Shown here: positions 1-12,428 of the stretch, in pieces
How positions within the stretch are numbered: the stretch's first letter is position 1
Layout: each line of letters begins with the position of its first letter
DNA from: Sphaerodactylus townsendi
Lineage: Eukaryota
Direction: 5' to 3'
NCBI RefSeq assembly: GCF_021028975.2
Contig: NC_059428.1
Span: 8,122,001 to 8,186,000 of the forward strand
DNA: 64,000 nucleotides
Translations under genes and position numbers: made by a program
Notes under the pieces: model-generated
What the model saw: the letters and a program-made list of their open reading frames with translations, nothing else
Told to the model about the DNA's origin: nothing
Databases searched by the model: none

Positions 1-149
1 GCCAACTTGGAAGGCTTTAAGAAGGGAATGAACGCTTTCACGAAGAAGAGGGCTATCCGAGGCTACTAGTCAAAACATATACTAGTCATGGTGCACACCT
101 ATTCTCTCCAGTGTCAGAGCAGGAGGTGCCTTCCTCAGCAGACAGCTGT

Positions 150-756
150 AGAAAACAGGGTGCGCATTACGATACCTTTTAGGCGACGTAAGCTCCACGG
201 CCACCTCATTGATAACCCGAGTCACTTTGAAGGGTTCTTTGTAGAAACATACACCAGATCTCCCACTGCAAACGGTACATCCTGGCGTTTGGTATCAGCG
301 CATTTTGGTAACTGACTTTGGCTTTATGCAGAGCTTTTTGGTTGTCCCCCCAAGAGTCTTGTAACGACCGAACGCACCCTTGGAGATCCACTGGACCCTC
401 ATCTTCTGTAGCCCCTACCAGGAAAGGCTTCCCCTTCTTCCCTGAAACAATTTTAAATAGGGGCTGGTCAGTACCTGGATGCACTGAGTTATTGCAAGCA
501 CACTCAACAGAGGGTAAAGGGTCCACCCAGTCATCCTGGTGGAAATGAATCTAACATCTCAAATATTGTTCCAAAGCTTGATTGGTACATTCCGACTGTC
601 CGTCTGATTGTGGGTGAAATGAGGAACTCAAACCTTGTTGCATCCTCCATAAAGTCCATAAATGCCTTCCAGAACTTTGCTACAAACTGCACCTCTCGAT
701 CTGTGATGATTTTAGCTGGAGCAGAATGAAGCTGATAAACACGTGTCAGCAACATG
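150..756 (-). mobile_element. Gypsy integrase fragment
   Basis: VYQLHSAPAKIITDREVQFVAKFWKAF and ..NNSVH..T.Q.LF.. resemble Gypsy integrase core/C-terminal motifs; frameshifted. Confidence 0.8.
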
Positions 757-908
757 TGTCAGGTCACCTGCCCATCAATAGCATCCCAATTCACTGCAGT
801 TTCTCGATAACTATGCAAGACGGCTTAGCTACACTTCCGATGGGACTCCTCCTTGTTGTAAGAGATTGTAATGAATTTGGATGCTATTGATGGGAAGGTG
901 GCCTTACA
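757..908. mobile_element. 152-bp element with ~37-bp terminal inverted repeats (TG...CA)
   Basis: 757-793 tgtcaggtcacctgcccatcaatagcatcccaattca is the reverse complement of 872-908 with about 4 mismatches. Confidence 0.7.
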
Positions 909-1189
909 GAGAAGCGAGCAAGACTGGTGATGCCATATTGAGGTAGAGGGCAATAATTCATCCCACTAAACGAGCCGTTACTGGGGGGGGGGCGCACTCG
1001 TCTGTTTACATGGATGAACTGATTTATTTTTGTATTTGAGCACCAAGACTGGATATGTATTGTCTTCCTGCAAGACTTCTGTGGCTAATTGTGGCTGTGT
1101 ACATGTTTATGTAGACACTAGATGTGCTGCATTTTGCTGTTCCTACAAAGTGTAGCCCAGGTATGGAATTTTTTAATGCTGAATTGGAA

Positions 1190-1370
1190 CCTCAGTCCTT
1201 CCGGGTCAGTCTTGTCTGCTCAGATCAGCAGCTGCTCTCCAGGGTCTCAGGCAGAGAAAGGGTCTTCTGTGTACTTCCTGCCTGGTCTTTTTCACTAGAA
1301 ATGCCACGGATTGAAGCTGGGACCTTCTGCACGCCAAGCAGATGCTCTACCATGGAGTGACAACCCCCTC
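1190..1370 (-). mobile_element. tRNA-derived SINE fragment (related pieces ~1400-1520, ~2010-2090)
   Basis: ggattgaagctgggaccttctgcacgccaagcagatgctctacc is the reverse of a tRNA-like head. Confidence 0.6.
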
Positions 1371-2325
1371 CCAAAATTTGTTCTTCTGATCAACACACAT
1401 GAAACTGCCTTACGCTGAGTCCGGTCATTTGCCCATCAGGTCAGTCTTACCCACTCAGACTGTCAGCTGCTCTCCAAGGTTTTATGCGGGGGTCTTTCGT
1501 ATCCCCTCCGACCTACTGGGAGTGAAGATCTTTGCAGGGTTTTTTAATCTTAGACTCTAGAGGGGGACTTGACTAGAGAGCCAAAGAGACAGAAGGACCA
1601 AGGCTTTGGGCATCGTTTCTCTACTGCTTGAACATTATCCCTCTGATGTGTGGATTGATACTTCCATGGACGTTTAATGGGAATGTCAGGAGAGAGAATT
1701 CTCACTCCTTCACTCACGTGCTGCCCTGCCTTCTCCATCTTGCAACCATGAGGGTGAAATGCAAATCCTGTATCTCCCACCATCCTATTTAGTTAGACTA
1801 CATTAAGAGATAATATTTACTCTACGTCATGCACAAATGGAGTTCCTATAATAAAATTATGTATATTAGTTTGAATAGATAAAAGGTTCTGAGTAATTTT
1901 GTTCCTGACACACAGAGAGATTAGATGGGCTTTGCTGCACATAATAGTCTTTGAAAATTCTGCTATAGAACCAGATGTTATCTTACATGAAAAATCAAAA
2001 CTACCTGTTTTTTTTATTGGAGATGCTGGGTCTTGAACTTGGGGCTTTCTGTAGGCCGAGGAGATGCTCTGCTTGTGAGCTACAGACTCTCTCTAAAAGA
2101 AAAAAAAGCAGGAGATATTTTGTTGTTCAGGAGCAGGTCTTTGGATGGTTTGAAAAGAGTGTAGCTAAAAAAGATGTCTATATTTCTCATTCAGACTCAG
2201 ACTAGAAGTATATGCTTGGGTGGAACATCAAATCCAGAAGACAGGACTGGGCTGCCCAAGTGACCGCACTGTTTTGTTTCTTTTCAGCTGGGAGGTCCAG
2301 AGGCACAAATCCTCGCAAGGCGGCC

Positions 2326-3282
2326 ATGTCCTCCTCCAACGAGTCTCTTGGCCCCCCAGCTTTCTTCTTGACGGGCTTCCCTGGCTTGGAAAAATCCCAC
2401 ATCTGGATTTCCATCCCCATCTGCTCCATGTACTTAGTGGCCATTGCTGGGAACTGCACTATCCTCTTCATGATCCGGACAGACCCAACCCTCCATGCGC
2501 CCATGTACTCTTTCCTCTCCATGCTGGCCCTCTCAGACCTGGGCTTGTCTTCGGCCACTTTGCCCACCATGCTGAGTGTCCTTTGGTTCAACCACCGCCC
2601 GATCCACTTCGATGCCTGCCTGACCCAGATGTACTTCATCCACACCTTCTCCATTGTGGAGTCAGGGATCCTACTCTCCATGGCCTTTGATCGCTTGGTG
2701 GCCATCCGCAACCCGCTGAGATACACATCCGTCTTGACCAATGAAGCCGTCATCAAGATTGGGGTGGGGGTTTTCCTGCGAGCCGCCTTCCTTGTGTTCC
2801 CTGCTTCCTTCCTCCTGAAGAGACTGCAATATGGAAAAATAAATGTTCTTTCCTATTCATTCTGTTTGCACCAGGATATTCTGAGTGTGGTGCGCTCAGA
2901 CAGGAAAACGAGTAGCATCTATGGCTTGATGGTGGTGCTCACTTCCATGGCTACTGACTCTGTCTTGCTCATTGTGTCCTATATCCTGATCCTCACAACT
3001 GTGCTGAGCATTGCCTCCACAGTAGAGCGACTGCGGGCCCTGAATACCTGCATCTCCCACATCTGTGCAGTCCTTACCTTCTACATACCTATGATTGGTC
3101 TCTCTATGATCCACCGATATGGGAAAAACGCCCCCCCAGTGGTTCACATTCTCATGGCCAACGTCTACCTTTTGGTGCCACCCCTGATGAACCCAATTGT
3201 GTACAGCGTGAAAACAAAACAAATCAGAACACGGATCGTGAAAAAGTTCTGGAAGGGTAAAGGCTCCCGTGAAGCCGCTTAG
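2326..3282 (+). CDS. Class I olfactory receptor, OR51-like (intact, 318 aa)
   Basis: 7TM ORF with LHAPMYSFLSML, MAFDRLVAI, CLHQD, RALNTCISHICAV and PPLMNPIVYSVKTKQIR. ATG at 2326 (gccATG) follows a pyrimidine tract and AG acceptor (~2271-2287). N-terminal sequon NES. The ORF-track start at 2212 is probably an over-extension. Confidence 0.95.
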   Translation: MSSSNESLGPPAFFLTGFPGLEKSHIWISIPICSMYLVAIAGNCTILFMIRTDPTLHAPMYSFLSMLALSDLGLSSATLPTMLSVLWFNHRPIHFDACLTQMYFIHTFSIVESGILLSMAFDRLVAIRNPLRYTSVLTNEAVIKIGVGVFLRAAFLVFPASFLLKRLQYGKINVLSYSFCLHQDILSVVRSDRKTSSIYGLMVVLTSMATDSVLLIVSYILILTTVLSIASTVERLRALNTCISHICAVLTFYIPMIGLSMIHRYGKNAPPVVHILMANVYLLVPPLMNPIVYSVKTKQIRTRIVKKFWKGKGSREAA

Positions 3283-3479
3283 AACCACCATCTTGACCAA
3301 GACAGGGATGGATACATGTCTTTGTTTTTCTCAGGTCAGGGCTGTACCACTTCTGATATCACGCCAATGCAGGGAGAAATGCAGTGGTAGGCTGGGTTGT
3401 GCATTGTGCAGCCAAATGCTGCGTTGGTGCTTAGCTAGGGAATAATCAGCCTCTTTTCTCCCTCTCTCTTGAGAATAGA

Positions 3480-4035
3480 AGACGGGGTCATCTGCTGAAG
3501 CAGAAGGGTGAGAGATTCAAAACAGACAAAAGGCAGTTATTTCTTCTCACAACGCAGAGGCAAATTGTGACACCCCCTTCCCTAAGATGGGGTGATGGCC
3601 GCCAACTTGGAAGGCTTTAAAAGGGGAGTGGACGCTTTCATGGAGGAGAGGGCTACCAGAGGCTTCTAGTCAACACAGATACTAGTCAGGATGCGTCCCC
3701 AGGGTGGAGCAAGGGGGAACCGTGCCCGGCACACATACGCGCCCTGCGCCCCCCACCCTGCCCCAGAACGGCCCCTCTACGGCCTGGCCATGCCCCTGCC
3801 GTCACGCCGCCCAGGGTGTTGTGTCCCCCTACTCCATTGACACTACGCCACTGTTCATACTATTCTCTGCAGTATCTCTGCCTGTTATATTAGGAGCTGT
3901 GGAAGACAGGCAGGGTACTGCTGCTGCAGGTGTCTTGCTTGTGGCCTTCCTAGAGGTGGCTGCTCACTGTGTGGACAGACTGGTGGACTTGACGGGCCCT
4001 GGCCTGATCCAGCAGGGATTTGCTTATGTTCTTAA
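3480..4035 (+). mobile_element. CR1 3' end interrupted by a ~150-bp GC-rich insertion; related fragment at 1-150
   Basis: gccaacttggaaggcttta..ggagtggacgctttc is shared with 1-60; ends with cttatgttctt. Confidence 0.7.
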
Positions 4036-5066
4036 GTTATGATCGTGGTAGTGAAGCAGGCAGCGGCCACAATCCATTGTTCAAGATCAGCTCCATGATT
4101 TGCAGTGACGCCATAGGGAGAGTGGTATTTGGTGCACTTGGGCCAGGGGTAGTCGAGGTGGTGGGTTGCCAGTTTTCCCCCCTTTGCTTTTGTTTTTGAT
4201 CATCAAAAGGACAGCTACCCTAGAACAGCAAAACTTATCCCAACTTGTCATTTTGTGTAAGGCTGTTTCCAAATGGTCAAAATATCTTGGGTTGAGCTAT
4301 AAAAATATCCCTGTATGGCCCAGAAGTTCGCATGGCTCCCAGTCTAGACTGGGTTTGCCCTGCGATATTTCCCTCATCCCAGGTATTAAGGAATTGCCCT
4401 GCTAGAACCTGCCGCCGCACGAACACCCATCGGGAGCAGAACCAGTTTAATTTTCCCGCCTAGTCGCCTGATCTCCCCGCCTTACATTAATTCAAGCTGC
4501 CACTCAGAAATAACAGCCAATTAGAATGCAGGACACCGGGCACGCTTAGATACACTTGCAATGTAAATACAGAAATCCGGGGCTCATGCAAAACAAGCTG
4601 CAGGATTTCCTCCTGGTCTCCACTGGATTCCTTCAAAAAACGGGCAGCCATACAAATGGAAAAACCAAGATAAAACAGACCTCGATTTTAAGAAACTGGT
4701 GGTACACAGGTATAATTCTGCTGCGCGGAAATATCAGAGATTGATATTTTGTTGTCAATGGTGGATTCTGCACTGCATAAATATAATGTCTTTAGAATGT
4801 TATAAAAAGTTGCCTTGGCAGTTTGTGTTCCCACAGTGCTGGAGAACCCAAGCGATGCCAGCCAAAACATATCTTCCTCCCCGGCTGCATCACAGAACTC
4901 TTGTCAGTGTCAGACCCGTGTCCTCCATTTTGTGTGCTGCAGCAGATTCATGCAATTTCACTGTGAAAAGTAGACGGATAAAGTTTGTTTTCCCTAGCGA
5001 TCCCATGCATGTGTCGGTTTTCCTTTTTTTGTTTTGAGGGGGATGTCTGTGAAGCTACTAGAATTA

Positions 5067-6520
5067 TAGAATCACGGAGTTGGAAGAGACCCCAAGGGCC
5101 ATCAAGTCCAACCCCCTGCCATGCAGGAACACACAATCGAAGCACGCCTGACATATGTTCATCCAGCCTCTGTTAAAAAACCTCCAAAGAAGGAGACTCC
5201 ACCACTCTCCCAGGTAGTGAATTCCACTGTGGAACAGCCCTGACGGTCAGAAAGTTCTTCCTAAAGTTTAGGTGGAACCTCTTTTCCTGCACTTTGAATC
5301 CATTACTCTGTGACTTGTCTCCGAGGCAATAGAAAACAGTTTTGTTTGCTCTTTGACATGGCATCCCTTCAAATATTTAAACATAGCAATCATGTCTCCC
5401 CTTAACCTTGGGTACTTCAGACTAAACATCCCCAGCTCCCTAAGTCTTTCTTCATAGGGCATGGGCTCCAGACCTTTTACCATTTGGGTTGCCCTCCTCT
5501 GGACCTGTTCCAGTTTGTCAATATCCTTCTTGCATTGTGGTGCCCAGAACTTGTTACCGCGCTGCCTGGTAACTTTTAATAACTCCAGACCAACCAGCTC
5601 TCAGCAGCGCAGGGGAACAGAAACGGGACCCAACACAGCGAGTATAGTAAATAATAAAGATATTTTATTGAGATGCTGACCTATGTGTCATTTTATTGAG
5701 ATGCTGACCTATGTGACTATACATGGGAACCAATCAAAGTCCGATGGGCAGCCCCTTCTTGAATTTCGCGGCCAGAGTAGAGCTAGGCCAGGGGTAGGGA
5801 ACCTGTGGCTCTCCAGATGTTCAGGAACTACAATTCCCATCAGCCTCTGTCAGCATGGCCAATTGGCCATGCTGGTAGGGGCTGATGGGAATTGTAGTTC
5901 CTGAACATCTGGAGAGCTGCAGGTTCCCTACCCCTGGGCTAGGCGATGACGTAGATACTAGCGGGAAAAACACATAGAAGTCCTTCTGGGTGCTAGGGTC
6001 AGGAAACGAAATTTAACGATCATGGCACCCTTATCTGCCTGCTGGTAGGATTAGGCAGATTGAGGCGCTTCTTCCGGGGTCCCTTTTGTCCGTGTCCATT
6101 CAGGGTTTTTACAAATGAAAGGAAACATACCCAGGTAGAGCAGGGGTGAATTCCTGCCTTGAGCCAAGGAGGTTCCATGCAGACATAATACAAAAGATAA
6201 CTATAATTCCTACTTTCTATCTAATACAGTTCTGCTCCTACCTATCTTACACAGAAATAAAACATTATTCCATCTTTATTAAACACAAGACCAGAAGTGG
6301 AATAGAATCACTTCTGGCTCCACTATCAAACTGAACACAGGATTCCAGGTGAGGTCTGACCAATGCAGAGTAGAGTGGTACAATTACTTCCCTCAATCTA
6401 GACACTATACTCTTATTGATGCATCCCATAGTTGCATTGGCTTTCTTGGCTGCCATATCACACTGCTGACTCATGTTCAGTTTGTAGTCTACTAAGACTC
6501 CCAGAACTCTCTCACGTGTA
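5067..6520 (-). mobile_element. CR1 LINE 3' fragment (split by LTR 5552-6328)
   Basis: ORF2 C-terminal peptides [28 protein letters not shown] and YEERLRELGMFSL; CR1 3' UTR. Confidence 0.9.
5552..6328 (-). mobile_element. Solo LTR, family B, inserted in a CR1 and containing a hAT MITE
   Basis: TGTTA...TATCA termini; 4-bp TSD AACT splits the CR1 sequence cccagaact|gaacacag; homologous to 29486-30204. Confidence 0.87.
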
Positions 6521-7311
6521 CTGTCTCGAAATACAAAGCAAAACAAATGTCCAGAAAGTCCAACACTTTTCAAAATCCTCATCAGGGTAAAATATTCATC
6601 AATCTCAATGGAGCATCTTTAAGTGGTCTCCAATTTGTTTCACAAAAGGGCCTTAAAGCGATCTCTGTTTTATTTCATTCGCTTTTGCTCCTTCTGAACT
6701 GCTCTTTGATGGGATTTGGCAAGTGCCAGTCACACAATCCAGTAATGAAGGAGTTAATTGTTGCATGCTAATTAGTTAGTGAGGTCAGAAGTCAGTGACC
6801 AGGTAATCGATACCTATTGGTTGGGTGGGCTACATTCAGGTCTGCACGTAGGCTTTAGATATATCTTCTTTGTGTTGCACTCTGCACGTGGTCAGGTCAG
6901 TTCAGTCTATCCATAGCTTAGTAGCCATGTAATAGTCTAAGCAGGAGGCTGGCTGTTGGTGCTAGCTAGTAAGAAAAATGTTCATTGTTTTTCTTCCAAG
7001 TTTCCCTTCCCTGTAGTAAGTAAACTTTATTTCAGTAAAGCAACTGGTCTCTGCCTCATTATTGCATTAACTCTGCTAATTAAGTATTTGTCCACACGAC
7101 ACTCTTCCTGTCTGCTATAAGGTGCTAAATCTTCAACCCAAGTAACTGCTCCATCCAAGATTCCATTTTCATAATGGGGATACTCTGGAAACATTGTGGC
7201 CCCCAGGCCTGAAGGACTCACCTGGCCTCATGAGCACTGCCAAGGCGGCTAACACTTAAAAACATACAAGATAGAGAGAGTGTCTTAACCTACTTGCTAT
7301 AGAGAGTGTCT

Positions 7312-7767
7312 TAACCTACTGCATCTGTGTATGGTTCTCCAGTTGCACAGTGGCAGATAGGAAGGCGCTCCAAAGGGTGATCACTACTGCACAGAGGATT
7401 ATCGGCTGCCCACTCCCCTCCTTGGAAGAACTTTATAATTCCCGAAGCCTAAAGAAAGCCCAAAATATTCTGAGAGACCCGTCTCATCCAGCACACTCTC
7501 TTTTTGAACTGTGACCATCCGGCAGACAATACAGGGCTATCAAAACTAGGACAAAGAGGCTTATAGACAGCTTCTACTCTAGAGCTGTGGCTATGCTGAA
7601 CTCCGCGGCTTCGTGTTGATGTGTTTGGGGCTGTGTAGGGATGGGTGGAGGAAGGGGAAAGGGAGGATGGGGTATGAGTCTGACATTGTGTGCATCGAGG
7701 AATGCTGCTGTGAATTTCGTTGTGCGTGCACAATGACAATAAAAGCTTATGCTTATGCTTATGCTTA
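7312..7767 (+). mobile_element. Rex1/Babar-type LINE 3' end
   Basis: CVWFSSCTVADRKALQRVITTAQRIIG..LPSL motif; aatgacaataaa(GCTTAT)n tail. Confidence 0.72.
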
Positions 7768-8647
7768 AGATAAGATGACGTGACGGAGCCATTGAAGCCA
7801 ACCCCTTCTCCCAAACAGGTATGATTAAAAGCCATTTTAAAATAACAATCAAAAAAACGAGTCATGTCTACAGTGGTGTCCCCAAGGGCAGGCCTGCAGA
7901 GTTACGGATATTTTCCCTTGCAAAGCTGAAACGCCATGCCGGTTTCTCCAGGGACGTGCGTTCATTTCCCCCCGGGGCAAATCAAAGGCTGGGATTCCCT
8001 TGGCTTGCTCCTTCCTGCCTATATCACTGAAGCAGAAGTGTTGGGAGTTGTGCCTGGCTACGTGAGCTACACGAGGGAGCAGGCACGCAGCTTCCAGATG
8101 GAGCCAGTGTGGCCTGTTGATCCAGAGCAGTGGATTCTATTCTGGAGGACCACGTTTGACTCCCTACTCCTCCCTTTAATCTGGTGAACCAGGTTTGTTC
8201 CCCAACCCCTCTACATGAAGCCTGCTGGGTGACCTTGGGCCAGTCGCAGTTCTCTCAGAACTCCCTCAGCCCCACTGACCTCACAAGGTGTCTACTGTGG
8301 GGAGAGGAAGGGAAAGGAGTTTGTATGTAGGAGAGAAAGGCAGGCATGAATCCAACCACTTCTTCTCAGCAGACTTGATGCCACATCTCTGGCTGATTCA
8401 GGGACCAAAGAACTGAGCCATTTCACAGGTATGGTGACATGTCCCAGTTAACTATTAACAGCAGCACCTGTCCCTTGGCTGTTGCATTCTCTGGAGTCAG
8501 AGGGCGTAGAAATCCTGAGCCACGGGATAAATCCTGGGAAGATCTGCCTGCCGTTTCTCTGTTGCAGGAGTGAGGATCAGCTTGGGGGGCAGGGCAGGTC
8601 CAGATAGAAGGCTGAGCTCAGGCAGCAGGGCCACATAGGTAAGCAAG

Positions 8648-9101
8648 TGTAACCCCCATGCTCAGAATGGGTTGACCCAGAAAGGGGTGGAGACTCAAAG
8701 CAGCAGGAGGCTGCAGAGCTCGTGTAGTTTGGAGGAGACAAGGCTACCAGACTCGGACCTTGGTTTCTATAAGCCCTGAACACCTTGTTAAAGGTTTTTT
8801 GTGGTTATAATGGGTGAGAGAGCTCCTGGAAACCTTCATCATGTTGAATCCTGTTCATCAAGCCCTTGGAGTCTCCAGGAGCCAACCCACTTGCAAAGAA
8901 GAATTGGACTTGGCAGTATCAGTAGACTGCAAATATAAGGACTTGAAAATGCAACCGGAACAGGACCTTGAAGTGTGATGTTAAATGTTGATGTTTGATG
9001 TTATAGGTTAAGAAAGTAAACCATTTTGTTTTTTGTTTTTAATTTGTTGTTGCAAACTCATTCCAAGTTCTGCCCCACAGAACCCACAGATAGAGGTTAC
9101 A
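8648..9101 (+). mobile_element. Solo LTR, family A (short variant)
   Basis: TGTAAC...GTTACA termini, 4-bp TSD CAAG; homologous to the copies at 28390, 46819 and 56261. Confidence 0.9.
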
Positions 9102-10572
9102 CAAGCTTGGAAGATGCCTGCCAGATTTAGAAAACCACCTGGAGAGAAGTTGAGGCATTGCCTTTCTTGACGCTTGTCTCAAGGCCAACAATCACGGGAC
9201 CTCAAACCTGCCCTGAGTAGAAGCCGTGCAAGTCTTTGCTGCTTTACTCTCTGAATCCTAAACTTCTGTCAGACCTCTTGGCAAGACTGCAGGCTGGAAT
9301 CATCAAACTGAGTGTTATATCTGGACCTACCACAGCCAATGCAATCACTGCAAATGTCCAGCTCACGCAGGGCCTGAGAAGAGGCAGAGGGGTCACTGCT
9401 TGGAGGCAAGAAGACCAGCCAATCCATTCAAAGGCCAGGCAAGTACTGGGCACCTGTTTGGCACCCCCCACCCCCCACTGTATTTCTGCCCTCCCCAATG
9501 ATCAGGAGGGCTTTGTGAAGCTTACTTGAAGCATTTGTACCATATGAGATCTGTCGAAATAATGATAGATCTAACACAGGAATATCACAATAACAAGCCT
9601 CTCTGTCCTCCTGTGGTAACAACAGCGACAGGAAGTATATTTGTGTGTGTATGGAGGGGAGGGAGGGAGGGAGAATGTCAGCACATGGTTCTCTTCTTCA
9701 GCAGCATGTGGTCCAGGGAACTGCTTTGCCTCTTTCCTTTGGAGGGGTGTTTTTTTTTGGGGGGGGAAGGGCTACAATACTGATACAACTGCAATTTATA
9801 TCAATATAACAGTAATTTAAAGGCTTTAACAAAGCCAGCAATCTGGAGATTATTGGGTGTGATGAGATCTGTGCCTTCAAGTTGATGAGTAAGTTGATGG
9901 GCAGAATTAAGAGAACAAAAAAAAAGCAGAGGCCCAGCAGAGTCCAGCAGACAGGCTGCACAGCAATGAGTGAGTGTCTCCTCATGTGTAAACAGAAAAA
10001 CACAAGGAGACTCCAAGTCCACTGCACAGTAAAGAGCCCCGAGGTAAGCATTCCATGCATAATAGGCCTTCTTCTCTCTCAAGAACATAAGATCATCAGA
10101 AGAGTCCTGCTGAGACTGGGTTTGATTCCCCACTCCTCCTACTGAGGCTTATCTGGTGAACCAGATTTATTTTCCCACTCCTGCATTCCTGCTGAGTGAC
10201 CTTGGGCTAGTCACAATTTGTTCAGAACTGTCCCTGGAGAACCAGGTTTGATTCCCCACTCCTCCACAAGAGTGGCGGACTCTTATCTGGTGAACTGGGT
10301 TTGTTTCCCTACTCCAGCGCATGCAGACCTTGGGCTAGTCCCAGTTCTCTCTGAACACTCTCAGTCCCAGCTGCCTTACAAGGTGTCTGTTGTGGGGAGG
10401 GGAAGGGAAGGATTTTGTAAGCCACCTTGAGTCTCCTGACAGGATATAAAGATGGAGTATAAATCTTCTTGTTCCTCTTCTTGTTTTGTTTGTCGTTGTT
10501 CTTCTTTTTCTTCGTACTCTCAAAGCTTTTCATGCTCCACTCTGAGTTTCCAGAGGTGCCTACCTGGCCATT

Positions 10573-11302
10573 AAGAACATAAGAACATAAGAACTAGCCA
10601 GCTGGATCAGACCAGAGTCCATCTAGTCCAGCTCTCTGCTACTCGCAGTGGCCCACCAGGTGCCTTTGGGAGCTCACGTGCAGGAGGTGAAAGCAAGGGC
10701 CTTCTGCTGCTGCTGCTGCTGCTCCCGAGCACCTGGTCTGCTAAGGCATTTGCAATCTGAGATCAAGGAGGATCAAGATTGGGAGCCATAGATCGACTTC
10801 TCCTCCATAAATCTGTCCAAGCCTTTTTTAAATCTTTCCAGGTTAGGGGCCATCACCACCTCCTGTGGCAGCATATTCCAAACACCAATCACACGTTGCG
10901 TGAAGAAGTGTTTCCTTTTATTAGTCCTGATTCTTCCCCCCAGCATTTTTCAATGGATCCCCCCTGGTTCTAGTATTGTGAGAAAGAGAGAAAAATTTAT
11001 CTCTGTCCACATTTTCTACCCCAGCATAATTGTATAGACTTCAATCATATCCCCCCTCAGCCGTCTTCTCTCCAAACGAAAAAGTCCCAAACGCTGCAGC
11101 CTCTCCTCATAAGGAAGGTGCTCCAGTCCCTCAATCATCCTCGTTGCCCTTCTCTGCCCTTTTTCTATCTCTTCAATATCCTTTTTGAGATGCGGTGACC
11201 AGAACTGGACACAGTACTCCAAGTGCGGTCGCACCACGGCTTCATATAAGGGCATGACAATCCTTGCAGTTTTATTATCAACTCCTTTCCTAATTATCCC
11301 CA
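10573..11302 (-). mobile_element. CR1 LINE 3' fragment
   Basis: [36 protein letters not shown]; (TTCTTATG)n tail; ends ~160 bp upstream of the OR52-like ATG. Confidence 0.92.
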
Positions 11303-11459
11303 TTGCTGGGGACGGAGCGATGCACTGAATGGAGTTTGATCTGAGGCCGCAGAGCTCAGCCTCTTTGTGCTTTCTGCCAACAGATTTTGCCTCTGTGGTG
11401 CTATTTGTAAGTGATAATGTTCCTTTTGAAAGCGAAGGCAGCTTTCTCCTCCTCTTGAA

Positions 11460-12428
11460 ATGAAGGCTCCCCGCGGACATAACGCCTCTGCTCCCAACAC
11501 TGACTCCACCGTGTTCTTCTTGTCTGGTATCCCTGGGCTGGAAGATTTTCACATCTGGATCTCCATCCCTTTCTGCTGCATCTTCACCGTTGCCCTTCTC
11601 GGGAACACCCTCCTCCTTTATGTGATCAAGACGGACATCACCCTCCACAAGCCCATGTTTTACTTCCTCTCCATGCTAGGCTCAGTCGATCTGGTGTTAT
11701 CCCTCACGACCATGCCCAAGACGCTCTGCATCTTCTGGTTCAGGGCCAGGGAGATCAGCTTGAACGCCTGCCTGGTCCAGATGTTTTTCCTCCATGCTTT
11801 TTCCATCATGGAATCTGCCGTCCTCTTGGCCATGGCCTTCGACCGATATGTCGCCATCTGCCACCCGCTGAGGTACAACACCATCCTCACCCACTCAATG
11901 GTAGCCAAGGTTGGGCTGGTGGCCTTGGGACGGGCGGTCCTCTTGATGTCCCCTTTGCCTTTCCTCCTTCGCTGGTTGCCCTACTGCGGCTCCCATGTCA
12001 TCTCCCACTGCTTCTGTGAACACATGGGGGTGGTGAGGTTGGCCTGCTCCAACACACGATTCAACAACATCTACGGGATCATTGTGGCCTTCTTGGTTGT
12101 GGCTCTGGACCTGACTTTTATTTTCCTGTCCTATGCCAAGATCCTAAGAGCCGTTCTCAGCCTGGCTTCGAGGGATGAGCAGCTGAAAGCGCTTGGAACG
12201 TGTATCTCGCACCTGTGTGCCATGTTGATTTTCTATACCCCGGTGGTGCTTTCATCAATAATACACAGGTTTGGTCACCAAGTTGCTCCCCACATACACA
12301 TCCTGCTTACAAACTTCTACCTCCTCTTCCCACCCATGATGAACCCCATCATCTACGGGGTAAAAACCAAACAAATTAGAGAGTGCATCCTCCGCCTCTT
12401 CCACCGGAAAAGCTTCCAAAGGGTGTGA
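11460..12428 (+). CDS. Class I olfactory receptor, OR52-like (intact, 322 aa)
   Basis: FFLSGIPGLE, LHKPMFYFL, MAFDRYVAICHPLRY, CEHMGVVRLAC (OR52-type), KALGTCISH, PPMMNPIIYGVKTKQIR. Confidence 0.96.
   Translation: MKAPRGHNASAPNTDSTVFFLSGIPGLEDFHIWISIPFCCIFTVALLGNTLLLYVIKTDITLHKPMFYFLSMLGSVDLVLSLTTMPKTLCIFWFRAREISLNACLVQMFFLHAFSIMESAVLLAMAFDRYVAICHPLRYNTILTHSMVAKVGLVALGRAVLLMSPLPFLLRWLPYCGSHVISHCFCEHMGVVRLACSNTRFNNIYGIIVAFLVVALDLTFIFLSYAKILRAVLSLASRDEQLKALGTCISHLCAMLIFYTPVVLSSIIHRFGHQVAPHIHILLTNFYLLFPPMMNPIIYGVKTKQIRECILRLFHRKSFQRV

Noticed and set aside
2212-2325. 38-aa N-terminal extension of the first OR
   Set aside because: It spans a polypyrimidine tract and AG acceptor; ATG 2326 gives a normal OR length.
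11016-11648. 210-aa minus-strand ORF
   Set aside because: Chance fusion of OR antisense sequence with a CR1 ORF2 fragment.
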